Source: Paraspadella gotoi (taxonomy: Eukaryota > Animalia > Chaetognatha). Taken from it: a stretch of DNA of 64,000 bases. Shown here one piece after another: positions 60,517 to 64,000 of the stretch. The notes under the pieces were generated by a model. That model was not told the DNA's origin and made no database searches. It saw only the letters and a program-made list of their open reading frames with translations. Made by a program: the position numbers and the translations under genes. How positions within the stretch are numbered: the first letter of the stretch is position 1; each line of letters begins with the position of its first letter. The stretch is from assembly GCA_051294375.1 (NCBI GenBank), contig CM119270.1, positions 11,201,626 through 11,265,625 of the forward strand, given 5' to 3'.

Positions 60517-60701
60517 GTTTTGAATATCTTTTTTGCTTCTTTTATTTTTATAAAAGTTAAGTGCCGTGGTGCTGTATAATTTAACTTTTTTCTTTTATAA
60601 TTCTTCAATTTTTTCCTTGACAAAACTTTCCACGCCTAGTAATCATGACGACGACGACAACTAGGAAGACGTCGTCAGCTTCAAGACCGAACCAACCCAA
60701 T

Positions 60702-60806
<105 letters not shown>

Positions 60807-60990
60807 TTCGGCAAACCCGTTTTCCGTTGTCTTCTGAAGCCTATTCGCGTCACGATTTTTCTTTAATTTTTTGTTGCTCCTGCATTATATTTACGGATCG
60901 GTAATCTAGAAGGGAAGCGTCAGGCCGCTTGTCGATAAATGGGGAGACGCCCTTCTTGACGACCGGGCAAAGACCCACTAAGGCACCAGG

Positions 60991-61079
<89 letters not shown>

Positions 61080-61132
61080 TAACTCTTTTTCTTTTTCTTT
61101 ATTTTATTTTTTTCCTTCTTTATTTATTCTTT

Positions 61133-61380
61133 TATGAAATTGGTACAAGCGATATAAAAATTATCCATTCATTTAATAAATAAGCTATCTTGTCCCTGAC
61201 TGGCTTTGGTGGTTTAAGGCCTCCATCACTTTTACAAGATAATGACATAGCAAGTCCCTGCAAGCTTTCAATCAAGAATCTCTCACAGTCTCGTTTATTC
61301 ACTCTCAGAGTACCGGGCTTCCCAATGAAGTGGTATAATATTTCTAAGAATGTTTCAATTGTATGTAAAGACCACTCCCT
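61133..61380 (+). repeat. Dispersed repeat family A copy
   Basis: Same sequence as the 41537 copy, extended to GACCACTCCC, which is shared with the 52048 copy. Confidence 0.8.
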
Positions 61381-63237
61381 TCAGTATTAGATCGGGGAAT
61401 ACTTATTGTATTCCGCACTAGCATCATTCCTTTCATTCTCGCGAACACATAAAATTGTTGTCCATTTATTTTCTTTCCAGAAAAAAAAATCAAAATAAAA
61501 GGAGCTGAATTTTATGAAATTGGTACAACCAATATAAAAATTATCCATTCATTTAATTTTTTCTTTCTTTTTGTTTTTCGTGTCATTTGTTTTGCATTAC
61601 TTTGAATGTTATAAGTAAAAAAGGGAATAGTAAACCATAACAATCGTTAGACACTTTTTTTCAAACCACCATTAAAAGGTCCACTTAATTCCGTAGTTTA
61701 TTATCTCGCGTTGAAACTCGTAAATCCCGATTCCAGACGCCATTGGCGGCATTGGCCCAATCGGGCGGCGATGTGAGCCTCTTTCTCCCTGGGGCCACAT
61801 CAAAGCCTTCCCTTTTTATCGCCGCCATCGTTTCCGGCATTTGCAACGGTTGATGGTATTGAAACTTGATGATGGGGCCATTGCTTCCGGTCATTGGTGC
61901 CAATAACACATCCACCGATTGCAAAGTTTAATTTTTTTCTGATTAAGTAAACTCAAGAAGTTGCATATTCTTTTGAGCGTAAAAATTACAGACTTTGTAA
62001 TCCCATCTGAAAAGCTATTATTTTAATTTACCGACATAAATAACAAAAATAACAAATACAATAACAAAGGCAACATCAACGACGACCCGACATTTTCAAA
62101 CGGAGGATTTTAGTGCAGAGATAAATAAAGAGGAAGAGAGGAGGCAATAATCAGGAGAAGCGCCGCTGGGACGTTTTAAAGACTTTTGTGTCTGGTGGGG
62201 GATTGAGACAGTGGCTTGCCGGAAGCAATTTTGGTTAAATACTTATCGATATATAGAGATAAGTATTGGCTTACTAGAAAGGTTGAATGATTTTATTTTT
62301 CTTTCCACTTTCTCTCCTTTTCTCATATGAGTTAAATATTTGTCTGTCCTGTCAGTATCTAACTTTTCTGACTGAAGCGAAAGAGCACTACTAAGCAAAA
62401 CTTAATTGGAGCCACTTTTCAATTTTCAATTTCACTTTCAATAAGGTACTTTTGTATTAATTATTAAAGCTAAAGAATTTAATAGAGAATGCCATTTTAT
62501 CAATCTCTTTATCAATTTTCCATCTTTTTTTATCCCATTTCTTCGAAACTCATGTCCGCCCCCTATCTCTTATTTTTTGCCCGCTTTTCTCTCTCTCTCT
62601 TTCCCCTTTTCCCTCAGTCCACAACCTTGGCGCCCAGAAACGAGGCAAGCTCTGCTCTTTTTTTCCACGTCGTCTTCGTCGTCGTCGTCTTCGTCGTCGT
62701 CGTCCATCCGTCCGAACGTCCGTGGTAGTCGCTCTCGTCGTCGTTGCCATCATCGTCTCGTTGACAACCATCGTGGTAATCGCTTTTGATGCCGTCGTCG
62801 TCCTCGTCGTCATCGTCGTCGTCGTCCCTTTCGACGTCGTCGTTCTCGTAGTCGCTCTCCGGGCGACTGGAGGCTGCCACGTAGTCGTCGTCGTCGTCGT
62901 CGTCGTTTTCGCGCATCTAGTCTCGAGATTATGCAGGAAAGTTGAAAGGATTTTTTTTCTTGCAACGCGAAGACGCACGAGACCACAAGTAAAGAGACGC
63001 ACGTCGAATCGGGGAAAAACGAGCGTCGAATCGCACGCAACTGGGTAAAAAATAACGCGCACCCTACATGTGCGCACCTTTTTTTGGTCTTCGCAAAAAA
63101 AAAAAAACAATCTAAATAAAACGCAAAAAACTAAAAACAATACGTTTCGACATTTAAAGAATAATTATTTTGTGTTTGTTTTTTTTTTTTCAGTTTATTT
63201 TTCTTTGCTTTAGCTGTATACTTTTTTCAAAAGTGTA

Positions 63238-63288
<51 letters not shown>

Positions 63289-63292
63289 TTTT

Positions 63293-63351
<59 letters not shown>

Positions 63352-63489
63352 CTCTTTCTCTCTTTCTTTCTTTATTTTTTTTATCTTTGACCTCGGTCTG
63401 CAACCAGGATTCATGGTGTGACGCGAGCGTCATCAGCGCCCAGAGATGCAGTTTTTTGGGAAAATCATGTCACGTGAGAGCCGCGTGAA

Positions 63490-63595
<106 letters not shown>

Positions 63596-64000
63596 AGAGA
63601 GAGAAAGAGAGAGAGAGAGAGATGTTTCTCATTCCTTCTCTCTTTCACGTGATTTTTATTCACTTCCCATTCCACTCACGACATTCGCTCCGCTAAAACC
63701 CAACATCTGCCAAGATTCCATTTATTAACTGGTTCGTCCGTCGATGGAATCGTTCGACGCTGACGAGATTTCTGAGAAAAAGAGATCGATTTATATCGAG
63801 TTTAATGAAGCGGATGTCGAGACGAGTTGGTTGATGAACCGCAAATGGAAACATGCTGAGATGGAATTGGCAGAAATATGAACGACAGCTATCTGATAAG
63901 AATTGAAGATATTCTCGCGGTTGAAAAGAGCTGGTCAGCTTAACAACATTTTATGTTTTTTCATAAAGGGATATTTAATAGCAGATGCTCCGGGACGATA

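Overview
Eukaryotic (invertebrate animal) draft-assembly window. It is AT-rich, with many N gaps, dense (GA)n/(GAC)n/(CTTT)n microsatellites and short spliceosomal introns. Most ORFs in the supplied track are microsatellite or gap artefacts. By hand-splicing exons with phase checks I reconstruct five multi-exon genes. (1) An RNF220 RING E3 ligase on + (8 visible exons, 11422-30683, 5' end missing). (2) An unnamed 543-aa type II membrane protein with two divergent kringle domains on + (14 exons, 33558-40818). (3) An unnamed 771-aa disordered S/P/Q-rich protein with an FPPPP motif on - (9 exons, 41050-45421). (4) A synaptotagmin-like protein on - (8 exons, 47097-50944) with degenerate Ca2+ sites, a poly-Asp loop insertion and a 2-nt frameshift. 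(5) A secreted 608-aa vWA + EGF + 3x chitin-binding protein on - (12 exons, 54992-60516). Also present: a Tc1 transposase remnant, TTAA-flanked MITEs (one nested, one with a matching empty site), two dispersed repeat families, tandem repeats straddling a splice donor and a stop codon, and several near-duplicate segments that look like assembly artefacts. Homology calls rest on recalled family motifs, not on database searches.
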